A DNA stretch of 64,000 nt from Candidatus Cloacimonadales bacterium (GTDB taxonomy: Bacteria > Cloacimonadota > Cloacimonadia > Cloacimonadales > JAFGVF01): the NCBI GenBank assembly GCA_963667035.1, contig OY762964.1, positions 1,440,001 to 1,504,000 on the forward strand. The letters run 5' to 3'. Of the stretch, positions 39,741-49,940 are shown piece by piece. The position numbers were made by a program, and so were the translations under genes. The notes below the pieces were generated by a model that searched no databases, was not told the DNA's origin, and worked only from the letters and a program-made list of their open reading frames with translations. Every line of letters begins with the position of its first letter. The first letter of the stretch is position 1.

Positions 39741-41027
39741 TCATACTTCACAATACTCTATTCCTTCATCATAATTATTATACTCGAGTAATGAATCAAA
39801 GACAAGTACTTCCCTTTTCCAAAACTCCTCAAAGTCCTCTTTACGTTTGTTATCTATCGTTAAGTCATCAGCTGAGAACATTGTAGCAGGAAGAATCGGC
39901 ACTTCATCTTCTGTCAATTCAATTTGAGTTAAAACATCATTAGCAGTTAGCAATCCGGCAACAGTGACTGTCTCACCGAAGAATTCGTTCTTAACTGCAA
40001 CAACTCTTACTTTGTTTTCTGATTCAGCATTTATCTCATCTGCAATTGCTTTTATAAAAGGATATGCAAGCTCTGCTGTTATAAATACCAGATTTCGATT
40101 ACCCAATTCTTCAAGTATCTCTTCTTTATACATACTCCAATTCTCGAGTAGTAATCTAATCATTCCGATACCGTTCTCTATCTGAGGGTAACCATTGTAG
40201 TATTCTTCATCCGGTATCGGTAATTCCGCTTTAATGTAAAACTCATCAGAACAGTAAATGTTATCTCTATCATACTTATCTCTCATGTTCTCACAAAGCT
40301 CAATAGTATGAATTGCTTCCGCTTTATTTACAGGTCTGAGAGATTCAAGATCATTTCTATACTTTGTTAATCCGACAGGTACCACACCTATAGACTCAAT
40401 GTTTAATTCAGGATTGCACAAATCTTTCAAAGTATTCTCAAGCTCTTCTCCATCATTCCAACCGGGCACAACTACAATCTGAGTCTCCATCAGTATATCA
40501 TGCTCAGAGAAGTACCTAAGTTTTTCCATAATATCAAAATCCTGCTTATATCTCATCATACGTTTTCGAAGAATCGGATTAGTAGAGTGTACCGAGATAT
40601 AAATTGGAGATAATTGCATCTCCACTATCTGTTGGAAATCATATTCACTCATATTTGTTAGTGTGATATAGTTTCCATAGACAAAACTAAAAGTATAATC
40701 ATCATCCTTGATATTAAGTGTATGCCTAAATCCTGTTGGCATCTGATCTATGAAGCAGAAGATACAGTTATTGGCACAATCTCTGCATTTATGCTCAGCA
40801 GGTGTAATGCCTAGCTCAGTAATCCAATCCTGTATAACTCTTTTAGTTACTTCTTCACCTGTAGGCAATCTTAGTTTAAAAGTCAGGATTTGTTCTGCCG
40901 AGTAATACTGTAATTCCAGAAAGTTATGGATAAGGTGCCCATTTAATGATAGTATTAGACTACCGGCTACAATTCCTGATTTATCAGCAAGAGTATTCTC
41001 TTTAATCGAATGAATCCTAACTGCCAA
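39741..41027 (-). CDS. DUF512 radical-SAM-like Fe-S protein with N-terminal PDZ
   Basis: CANNCIFCFIDQMP, KDDDY, GNYITLTN, PQIENGIG and VAGLLT motifs. Confidence 0.9.
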   Translation of the reverse strand: MAVRIHSIKENTLADKSGIVAGSLILSLNGHLIHNFLELQYYSAEQILTFKLRLPTGEEVTKRVIQDWITELGITPAEHKCRDCANNCIFCFIDQMPTGFRHTLNIKDDDYTFSFVYGNYITLTNMSEYDFQQIVEMQLSPIYISVHSTNPILRKRMMRYKQDFDIMEKLRYFSEHDILMETQIVVVPGWNDGEELENTLKDLCNPELNIESIGVVPVGLTKYRNDLESLRPVNKAEAIHTIELCENMRDKYDRDNIYCSDEFYIKAELPIPDEEYYNGYPQIENGIGMIRLLLENWSMYKEEILEELGNRNLVFITAELAYPFIKAIADEINAESENKVRVVAVKNEFFGETVTVAGLLTANDVLTQIELTEDEVPILPATMFSADDLTIDNKRKEDFEEFWKREVLVFDSLLEYNNYDEGIEYCEV

Positions 41028-41871
41028 TTGTTTGTTCCTTTATCTCTTCCAAATATTCTGTATATGCTTCTTGCCAAGTGCGTATTTTACCTATTTGAGC
41101 TTCGTATTTATCAGTAGCAAGAACATTTCTTTGGGGTTGTTCTATTCTCTCATTGAAATAGCTTGAAGTCACGGGATGAATAATCAAATCTTCTTTCTCG
41201 AAATGTTTCCTGACAAACTCAGCAACTTCATAGCGGGTTGTCTCTCCCTTATTAGTGAAGTGAAAGATACCTCTTTTGCCGGCTTCCAATAACTTGAAGG
41301 TAGCATCAACGATATCCTTTGCATAGGTTGTTTTTGATACTTGCTCGTTATTCACAAACAGCTCTTGTTTACTGCTAATCATTTCAGGTAAACGGGATAT
41401 GAAGCATTTGCTAGTCAGACCAAAAACCCATGAAACCCTTATGATAAGATGATTGGGAGTTTCCATTTTCAAACCGGTCTCCCCCATACTCTTTGAACAG
41501 GGATAGACATTCTTGGAACGTGGAATCACTGCTTCGCTATAAGCATCCATAAAGTTGTTGTTGTAAATACTCGCAGTACTGAAGTGAACAAATTTACATC
41601 CGTGTTCTCTCGCTACACGTCCAAGAAGTGTAGGTCCCAGGCAATTGACATTAATAGCATTTTCAAGTTCCTCTTCGCATTCGAAAGGATCCGATATTGC
41701 AGCACAATTAATTAACACATCCGGTTTATGCTCACTTACAGCTTTTTGTATCTCTTCAACTTCAACAATATCAAGTTCTTCATGAGTGAAAGCAACATTG
41801 TTGCTAAATCTTACATCTTTCAAGAAATACTGAGCTAAAGCACCCTTAGCACCTACAATCATATACTTCAT
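41017..41871 (-). CDS. RmlD-like (dTDP-4-dehydrorhamnose reductase family) SDR
   Basis: IVGAKGAL, INCAA, HFST, YPCSK, IIRVSWVFG and GIFH motifs. Confidence 0.8.
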   Translation of the reverse strand: MKYMIVGAKGALAQYFLKDVRFSNNVAFTHEELDIVEVEEIQKAVSEHKPDVLINCAAISDPFECEEELENAINVNCLGPTLLGRVAREHGCKFVHFSTASIYNNNFMDAYSEAVIPRSKNVYPCSKSMGETGLKMETPNHLIIRVSWVFGLTSKCFISRLPEMISSKQELFVNNEQVSKTTYAKDIVDATFKLLEAGKRGIFHFTNKGETTRYEVAEFVRKHFEKEDLIIHPVTSSYFNERIEQPQRNVLATDKYEAQIGKIRTWQEAYTEYLEEIKEQTIGS

Positions 41872-41906
41872 ATTAGTTCCCAATCCTTGGTTATAACAAA
41901 GCAAAC

Positions 41907-41932
41907 CCACCTTACTAGTTAAAGTAAGGTGG
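41907..41932 (-). terminator. Terminator after kce
   Basis: CCACCTTACT-N6-AGTAAGGTGG. Confidence 0.65.
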
Positions 41933-41988
41933 AATTTAAGAATTATAAACTATAGCTTAATTTATAAGCTACTAGCTTGAATTATTTG

Positions 41989-42825
<837 letters not shown>

Positions 42826-42905
42826 TCACCTCTTTAAATTTCATTTGTTGTTATTACGAAGTTATGCTCTTATTTGTCAATTAGAATGTGGTTACAAATA
42901 AATTA

Positions 42906-45101
42906 CTAATCATGCTTAAGTTTGCTACAATCTTTGTAAAGCCTTATCAGATTATCTTCAGAAAGATCCAGAATTGGTTCATACATGAAAGTATTAAGAT
43001 GTATATTTTCAGGAGTCATTAGACTCACTCTATCAATTATTTCTAGATTGTTGACATTCATTGCAAACTCTTTTTTGTATTGTCTAATCAACATATTAGT
43101 CTGATTAGTCCCTTCTTCTAGCTTAACTAAAAACTCAGTATCACTGATTACAGTTTTCAAAAATTCCTCTGTTTTTAATCTAATGGCTATTGCTAGAACA
43201 ATCTTTCTTTCCAGATTACATGTTACTGAAGGTTTGAGAATGCTTTCTACTACAGACGTAATGACATCAATGACCTTTCTTTCTTTATCGATAAAGCATA
43301 TCTCTGGTTTGTTTGTTTTCAATACTCCTTTATATATTGTTTCTAACTCACCAATTGTTATTGTTTTAGTTAATTCCTTTTGATGCAACAGAGATGTTAG
43401 GGACTTAAAGCTATTTGTTTCAACCGAATTACTAAACTCAATAAGATTTCGCACAAACGGTATCATAGCAATTATCATTGTATCTTCGTTAATCTTACTT
43501 TTGAAATACTTAAACGGATTTTCAATATACACTGATGGATAAAAACTAATATTGTTTTCATTTTTCTTCACCATAAATGACTGCTCCCGTCCAACAAATC
43601 TACTAACTACAGTCCTAAAGAAATCAAAATTATGTGTAAGAATTATTTGATAGAACTTGTCATCCTTGTTTAAGTCGCTTAAGTATTCGATTATGGTATA
43701 TTTATTTTTATAATCGAATGAATCTGCTATATCATCAATAATAAGGAGAGTTTCATTTTCTTGCTTTCTTCTCTCCTCAAGTTCAAAGATTATGTTTAGT
43801 AAATATAATGATCTTCTTTCACCTTGGCTTAAGACTTTGAGTAACTTGTTCTGATCAATTTCTTTTGGATCTTTGCCATCATCATAAATAAACCTAATTT
43901 CAAGAGGACTACCTTTTAGCATTACGTTATCTTGGTTTTTTACTTCTAACTTAAATGGAGGGTGGAATCTGTCTTCAAACTTTTTTAGTGCATTTAACCA
44001 CTGAGTTTCTTCGTCTTTAGCATCTTTGACAATTTGCGAAAGTCTTGCTTTTCCATATCCATATTTTGCTACATAATCATGATACTCGACAATACAAATC
44101 CTAATGTAGTTTAGCCATAATTCCTTCCTAAATTCCTCAATATCTATAAGTTTTGTTATTAAATTAGGATTTTGTTTTAAGAAATCTCTAAAACTTCTTT
44201 GTTTAACATTAGAGAGTTGCTTGTCAATATTGTTAAATGCTTCTGATACTTTTGGGTCTGCTAAAACAAAGTTCAAATCTTCTTGAATCAAATTCTCTAG
44301 TTCCTTATCACTTTTTATCTCTCTGTACTCATCTCCATCAAACAATTGGACATTATGTTTAGCATTGAAAAAACCATTTTTCCCTAAGTTTTTCTGCACT
44401 TCTTTTGCGTTATAATGATTGAAATCACTTCTCAAGTATTTCGTTTTAGATACAACATCAGTATAAGATTCAATGTAGTTTAAGATATTCTGTATAAAAT
44501 CTTTGTTTCGAATAAGTTTCATCACATCTGCATTAAATATTTCATTATATTTAATAGCGACGAACTCTATAGAATCATCAGCTTCAACTTCGTCCTTTAT
44601 TCTATACAGAGCTTCAAACAATTCACCTTCAAAGGCTAGGTTAAACTCATCCTTTACTTTTTTATCAGAACCAGCTCCTTTAATTCCAGATATTTTCTTT
44701 AACTCCTTGAGTAGCTTTACTTGGGCATCATCAATACTTTTTATTATTTCTTCATAATCCTGTTTCAGCCTTTCATTTGCTAGTAAAGTTGACTCTTTTT
44801 CAAAACTATAACTCTCAATATATGGCTTTATAACAAAAACACATTCGGGTACTAAGTATTCATCATCTCCCGACTTAATTTCTCTTAAAGTAGGTCGTTC
44901 CTCGCCATATACTAAATCTGTTGAAGTTTCATTATTGGATAAATCATCAAAGGTCTTTGCAAAAGAGGATTTCATTGACCCATTGGGTGCATAAATCGCT
45001 ATTGATTTTTTCTCATGACCCTCTTTATCATAAAATTTCATTGATTCACATAGTTTTCTAATGCCATAGCAGTTTTCAAGATTTAACATGATTTCCTTCA
45101 T
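42906..45101 (-). CDS. ABC/SMC-type ATPase (AAA_13/RloC-like) with possible C-terminal HEPN-like domain
   Basis: Walker A YAPNGSMKSS, coiled-coil insert, signature LSQGE, Walker B IIDDIADSFD, ILTHNFDFFR. Confidence 0.75.
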   Translation of the reverse strand: MKEIMLNLENCYGIRKLCESMKFYDKEGHEKKSIAIYAPNGSMKSSFAKTFDDLSNNETSTDLVYGEERPTLREIKSGDDEYLVPECVFVIKPYIESYSFEKESTLLANERLKQDYEEIIKSIDDAQVKLLKELKKISGIKGAGSDKKVKDEFNLAFEGELFEALYRIKDEVEADDSIEFVAIKYNEIFNADVMKLIRNKDFIQNILNYIESYTDVVSKTKYLRSDFNHYNAKEVQKNLGKNGFFNAKHNVQLFDGDEYREIKSDKELENLIQEDLNFVLADPKVSEAFNNIDKQLSNVKQRSFRDFLKQNPNLITKLIDIEEFRKELWLNYIRICIVEYHDYVAKYGYGKARLSQIVKDAKDEETQWLNALKKFEDRFHPPFKLEVKNQDNVMLKGSPLEIRFIYDDGKDPKEIDQNKLLKVLSQGERRSLYLLNIIFELEERRKQENETLLIIDDIADSFDYKNKYTIIEYLSDLNKDDKFYQIILTHNFDFFRTVVSRFVGREQSFMVKKNENNISFYPSVYIENPFKYFKSKINEDTMIIAMIPFVRNLIEFSNSVETNSFKSLTSLLHQKELTKTITIGELETIYKGVLKTNKPEICFIDKERKVIDVITSVVESILKPSVTCNLERKIVLAIAIRLKTEEFLKTVISDTEFLVKLEEGTNQTNMLIRQYKKEFAMNVNNLEIIDRVSLMTPENIHLNTFMYEPILDLSEDNLIRLYKDCSKLKHD

Positions 45102-45380
45102 AAGTCCTCCATTTTAATATTATTTTTTTCTACGATATAGATGAAGAACTTTTCCTGCAAGCAATTTCTATAATAAAACATAATAAATATCATCGTCCGA
45201 CTCTGCCCCATTCAATTCTAATTTTTCTTTTACTTAACATCTACTAGTCACATACTACTCTCTTTCTCTATGCAGTAAGTTAGTCTTTAGTTGTGATTAA
45301 CTCTATCTTCTTTGTCTTATATTTATTGTATTGGAGCAAGATGAGATTAGATAACATGTTCATTAATTGTTGGGTATCTT

Positions 45381-46031
45381 ACGCCCCTTTAGGGCTAAAA
45401 TGTTTTTCGGGTTTCATTACCCCATGCCAAGGCATGGGGCTATTAAACAGTCGCTCTTTCAGAGCATGATTCTGTAACCATGAAGTAGCGTAAGTTTATT
45501 AGCCACACGCTTGTATCGAGTTATAATACAAAGCTACTGACCTAAACAGATGCTTCTATGGAACATGTTTCTGTAGCCATGAAATGGCGTGAGTTTAATA
45601 GCCACACGCCTTGGCGTGTGGACTAAATAACAAAAATAGAAAAGTCCTATAGGGACGTAACAGTATGTGTATTTATAAATCATATTAATGGTATTGTCTA
45701 GAAGGTTCGAATAATTCAATAAAAGGAATTGATATCATTATTTATTTATCCACTCGCCCTTCATGGCTAAATCTTTTATTCGGGTTCCATTACCCCATGC
45801 CAAGGCATGGGGCTATTAAACAGATGCTCCTCCAGAGCATGATTTTGTAGCCATGAAATGGTGTAAGTTCAATAGCAACACACTTGTATCGAATTATAAT
45901 ACAAAGCTACTGATCTAAACAGATGCTTCTATTGAACATGATTCTTTAGCCATGAAGTGGCGTATGTTCAATAGCCACACGCCTTGGCGTGTGGTTAACA
46001 AACCAGAAAGCAACTCAGCCCTATAGGGGCG
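45381..46031. repeat. REP/REPIN-like hairpin cluster downstream of tnpA
   Basis: CCCCATGCCAAGGCATGGGG (45420, 45793) and CCACACGCCTTGGCGTGTGG (45602, 45975), plus short hairpins such as GCCATGAAATGGC and GTCCTATAGGGAC. Confidence 0.9.
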
Positions 46032-46036
46032 TTGGA

Positions 46037-46480
46037 TTATAGATACTTCTCCTCAAAACAAACACCGAAATCATTTAGGAGATCTTTGTACTCTGTTATG
46101 AAATCCTGATGTTTGTGATGCTCTTCTTGATTTTTAATATACTTTATTAAATGATTTTTCTCTTTCCAATTAACTGTAAATGCTCCATACCCTTTTTGCC
46201 AACCCTCAAACATTGGAAACAACTTTTCTTGCTTGTTAAATGTATTTGTTGCATTTTTTATATGTTTCACTAAATCAGAGACATTCATCTGACAATGAAC
46301 TGAACATAATATATGAATGTGATCTTCCACCATATTAATCTGATAGACATGAGAATTATCATTTCTCATAACCCCACAAATGTAAGATAGAAATCTCTCT
46401 TTGTGTTTTAGTTCTAGAGATCGCATGCGGTTTTTTGTTGAGAACACGATATGGTATACCAATTGAGTGAATGTTGACAT
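46037..46480 (-). CDS. tnpA: IS200/IS605-type Y1 HUH transposase (REP-associated, RAYT-like)
   Basis: YHIVFSTKNR, DHIHIL (HUH), WQKGYGAF, YIKNQEEHH; GGAGGA RBS; no tnpB. Confidence 0.92.
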   Translation of the reverse strand: MSTFTQLVYHIVFSTKNRMRSLELKHKERFLSYICGVMRNDNSHVYQINMVEDHIHILCSVHCQMNVSDLVKHIKNATNTFNKQEKLFPMFEGWQKGYGAFTVNWKEKNHLIKYIKNQEEHHKHQDFITEYKDLLNDFGVCFEEKYL

Positions 46481-46548
46481 AGATAATCCTCCTACAGACA
46501 TTATCATATATAATATTTTGTTTTAACTCATTGGCAATTATATTCTTT

Positions 46549-46880
46549 CACCCCTATAGGGCTTAATCTTTTATGGGATCCAATACCCATGCCAAGGCAT
46601 GGGGCTATTGAACAGATGCTCTTATAGAGCATAATTCTATAGCCATGAAGAGGTGTAATATTAAAAGCCACAAGTCTTGGCATGTGGATTGAAAAGTTGA
46701 ATAGTATGTCGATGACATAGATAATATTATACATTGGCATTGTGATTTTAATATAAAGGTGAGACCTAAACAGATGCTCCTATGGAGTATAATTATTTAG
46801 CCATGAAGTGGCGTAAGTTCAATAGCCACACGCCTTGGCGTGTGGACTAAGTAACAAAATTGAAGAGTCCTATAGGGACG
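46549..46880. repeat. REP/REPIN-like hairpin cluster upstream of tnpA
   Basis: Same hairpin modules at 46586 and 46826, a degenerate one near 46668, and GTCCTATAGGGAC. Confidence 0.88.
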
Positions 46881-47224
46881 TAACAATAAATGAAGAGAGT
46901 ATTCTAAAAAGTGTGTAAACTGATTTATACCAACTCATATATTTCTAGCCTTTTAAAGCAAGTCATTAATTCATTTTTTTATGACTAACCAGTTCGGATA
47001 TGCACTATTCCACCTATTCTCCATAAGGTCTGTTTTACTATCTTGTAAAAGTTCCCTTACAACTCTATCTATTTCTTTTATATTGGGCTTAATCTTCATG
47101 TGTGTGAATCTCCTTTTATTGTTGTAATAATATGCTTAATCGCATATTGAGGTTTACACACTTTTCTTTTTACTCCTTTATGCCTCCACTCTCACGCTAT
47201 TCACTCGACCAACAACCACATCCA

Positions 47225-47360
47225 ACTTACGAGACTCTTGCATAATTCTTGCTTAAATCTTGCATAACTATGCAAGAATGATGCGAGTTTTTTGTGACAT
47301 GAATGTTTCGATTTTGTGCTTGTTAATCGGGAGCAAAACGGGAGAGAATAACGAGAGGGT
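47225..47360. repeat. 11-bp-phased TCTTGC/GCAAGA and GAG arrays
   Basis: TCTTGC at 47236, 47247, 47258; GCAAGA 47272 and GCGAGT 47283; GAG at 47331, 47342, 47353. Confidence 0.6.
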
Positions 47361-47391
47361 TTCTTGGCAAACTCTATCAAAGCATAATCAT

Positions 47392-47488
47392 TCCACTGTT
47401 TTTCCACTGTGCACGCACTATGAACTCAGTGAAACAGCGGGTTGACAGTGCATTCACACTGCCGACACAGTGCAAAAGCAGTGCGTTG
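47392..47488. repeat. 11-bp-phased CA(C/G)TG palindromic element, copy B
   Basis: Pentamers at 47394, 47405, 47416, 47427, 47435, 47446, 47457, 47468, 47479; colinear with 18843-18938. Confidence 0.85.
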
Positions 47489-47667
47489 GTAAATTGTGAT
47501 GTGAATGAGATTAAGAAGGACATAAAATATGCGTAAATAATTGAAAATTGCACTGAGTATGATTATTTTACCTTAGGATATCCGGTTTCAAGAGAATAAG
47601 GTAATTACCGCATAGTGTTTCATAATGTTAAGGATAGTGAGAGAAGAGAATGCCGTTGACATTTATT

Positions 47668-47817
47668 CGGGATCCAATACCCCATGCCAAGGCATGGGGC
47701 TATTGAACAGATGCTCCTATAGAGCATAATTCTATAGCCATGAAATGGCGTAAGTTCAATAGCCACACGCCTAAGCGTGTGGACTAAATAACAAAATAAA
47801 AAAGTCCTATAGGGACG
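47668..47817. repeat. Detached REPIN-like module
   Basis: CCCCATGCCAAGGCATGGGG (47680), CCACACGCCTAAGCGTGTGG (47763) and GTCCTATAGGGAC. Confidence 0.88.
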
Positions 47818-47994
47818 TAACAATAAATGCATAAATAAAATCTAATCAAAATGAAACAACGAAAACAGAATAAATCCGGTAACTAATTTAGCGATGATTA
47901 TTATTAAATAAAGATGAGTATAGAAAATAATCAGTTTTTATTTGACATAGCGAAACTATGATATTTTATGCAAAAAAGCCATAAAAGGACAATA

Positions 47995-48843
47995 ATGACT
48001 AAGAAAAATAAACGAATAAAGCATAAAAAACCACCATTACAGGATTGGGTTGAAGCGATATTATTTGCATTTGTTGTAGCTATGATAATTAGGAATTACA
48101 CATTCCAGAATTTTAAGATTCCATCCGAATCAATGGTTAAGACTCTGCTTGTCGGAGACTATCTGGTTGCTAACAAGGTTAAATATTTTATTACGGATCC
48201 GGAAAGAGGAGATATTGTTACATTCAGATACCCTGTAGATCCTCCTAATCCTGCTGATTTAAAGGACTCTTCAAATCCGATTGCTAAATATTCCAATAAT
48301 TTAAAGCCATTATATCCACCTTTGTACTTGAACAAAGGAGCTTTTATTGATTTACCGGCTTGGACTCTTTTCGGTATAACTTATTACGCCCCACGAAATG
48401 TTGTGAAGAGAGTAATAGGCATGCCAGGTGACGAAATAGAAATGAGGGATAAAGTCGTTTATATAAACGGAGAACCCTATTCTCCCGAGACAGAGAGTTA
48501 TTACATCCCTGAATATCTAAGACAACAATATAACATGCATATTCGTGAGAATGAATGGGTAGACGGAAGAATGTTTAAGATGAATCTTGATTATTTCGAG
48601 AAGATAAAAGTCCCTGAGAATAAATACTTTGTAATGGGAGATAACAGAGATTACAGTGCTGACAGTCGTTACTGGGGATTTCTTGATAGAGACGATATTA
48701 CCGGAACGCCTGCCTTTATTTTCTTCTCATCAGGAGAAAAACTTTCAGCAGTTGAATATAGAAACAAGCATCCAAGAAGCAATCAAAACCTACCCCCTAA
48801 AAATATTACTCGATGGGACAGGATTTTAAAACTGATAAAGTAA
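47995..48843 (+). CDS. lepB: Signal peptidase I
   Basis: IPSESMVKTLLVGD, VKRVIGMPGD and MGDNRDYSADSRYWG motifs. Confidence 0.95.
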   Translation: MTKKNKRIKHKKPPLQDWVEAILFAFVVAMIIRNYTFQNFKIPSESMVKTLLVGDYLVANKVKYFITDPERGDIVTFRYPVDPPNPADLKDSSNPIAKYSNNLKPLYPPLYLNKGAFIDLPAWTLFGITYYAPRNVVKRVIGMPGDEIEMRDKVVYINGEPYSPETESYYIPEYLRQQYNMHIRENEWVDGRMFKMNLDYFEKIKVPENKYFVMGDNRDYSADSRYWGFLDRDDITGTPAFIFFSSGEKLSAVEYRNKHPRSNQNLPPKNITRWDRILKLIK

Positions 48844-49940
48844 TCCGACATATATATATACATATCCCATTCTGTTTAAAGAAGTGTAGTTATTGCTCTT
48901 TTTATTCAATACCTTACAGTAAGGCTAAAGCCGAAGAATACTGTGAATTTCTCATAAAAGAACTGGAAAACTATAGCAAATCACTTAGAATTGAGCCTGA
49001 AACAATTTACCTTGGAGGAGGAACACCTTCATTGATTGCTCCTGAGATTATAGGAGACATAATTAATAGATTTAGGGCAACAAATCTACGTGAGGTTACT
49101 ATTGAGATTAATCCGGTTTCAGTTAGCCTTGACTATCTTAAGAAACTTAAGAAGACAAAAGTAAACAGAATTAGTATGGGGGTTCAGAGTTTCAATGACA
49201 ACATGCTAAGTGTTTTAGGTAGATTGCATAACAATACAGATACTCATACCGTTTTTAATTGGTTAAGAGAAGCCGGATTCGATAATGTTTCTCTTGACCT
49301 AATTTATGGCACTCCCAAACAAACAGTGGAAGATATAGAAAAAGATATTTACGAGATGTTGAAGCTAAATCCGGAACATATATCCACATATTGTCTGAGT
49401 TTAGGGGATGATGTACCACTAGTAACTCGAAGAGATGAGCTACCGGAAGACAATGAGATTAACAGGATGTATTATATTATCTCAAGAATATTGAGGAAAA
49501 ATGGGTATAAACATTATGAGATTTCTAACTTTAGCAAATCCGGATATGAATCGAAGCATAATCTTGCATACTGGAAACTTAATGATTACTTAGGATTAGG
49601 TGCGGCAGCATGTGGCTTAGTAGACAAAGCTCATTATTGTAATCCACCGGATATAAATGAGTACTATGAAAAGGTTCAAAACGATATAAAGTATCCCGGT
49701 AGAGAGAAAATGAGTAGAGTTTTAATGCAATCGGAGTATATTATAATGAATTTGAGAACTGAAGAAGGAATGAGAATAACTGATTTCAACTCAAGATTCG
49801 ATTGTGACTTTCTTGATTATTATAAAGACAGCCTGGATAAAGTAAGACCATTTATAAGTTTTAGAAATGGTAGGATAAGAATTAAAAGGAGTTACTGGTT
49901 TGTTTCTAACAGTATCCTTGAGGAATTTGTAGAGGTATAA
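48813..49940 (+). CDS. hemW: Radical SAM heme chaperone HemW (HemN-like)
   Basis: YIHIPFCLKKCSYC, GGGTPS, YEISNF and HNLAYW motifs. Confidence 0.9.
   Translation: MGQDFKTDKVIRHIYIHIPFCLKKCSYCSFYSIPYSKAKAEEYCEFLIKELENYSKSLRIEPETIYLGGGTPSLIAPEIIGDIINRFRATNLREVTIEINPVSVSLDYLKKLKKTKVNRISMGVQSFNDNMLSVLGRLHNNTDTHTVFNWLREAGFDNVSLDLIYGTPKQTVEDIEKDIYEMLKLNPEHISTYCLSLGDDVPLVTRRDELPEDNEINRMYYIISRILRKNGYKHYEISNFSKSGYESKHNLAYWKLNDYLGLGAAACGLVDKAHYCNPPDINEYYEKVQNDIKYPGREKMSRVLMQSEYIIMNLRTEEGMRITDFNSRFDCDFLDYYKDSLDKVRPFISFRNGRIRIKRSYWFVSNSILEEFVEV

Noticed and set aside
45381..47817. CRISPR array
   Set aside because: Repeats alternate in orientation, intervening sequences are themselves repeated, spacing is irregular and there are no cas genes; REP-like instead.
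45534..47832. Short ORFs 45534-45719, 46528-46740, 47201-47407, 47260-47445 and 47620-47832
   Set aside because: They are translations of the hairpin and phased repeats, with no RBS or protein family signal.
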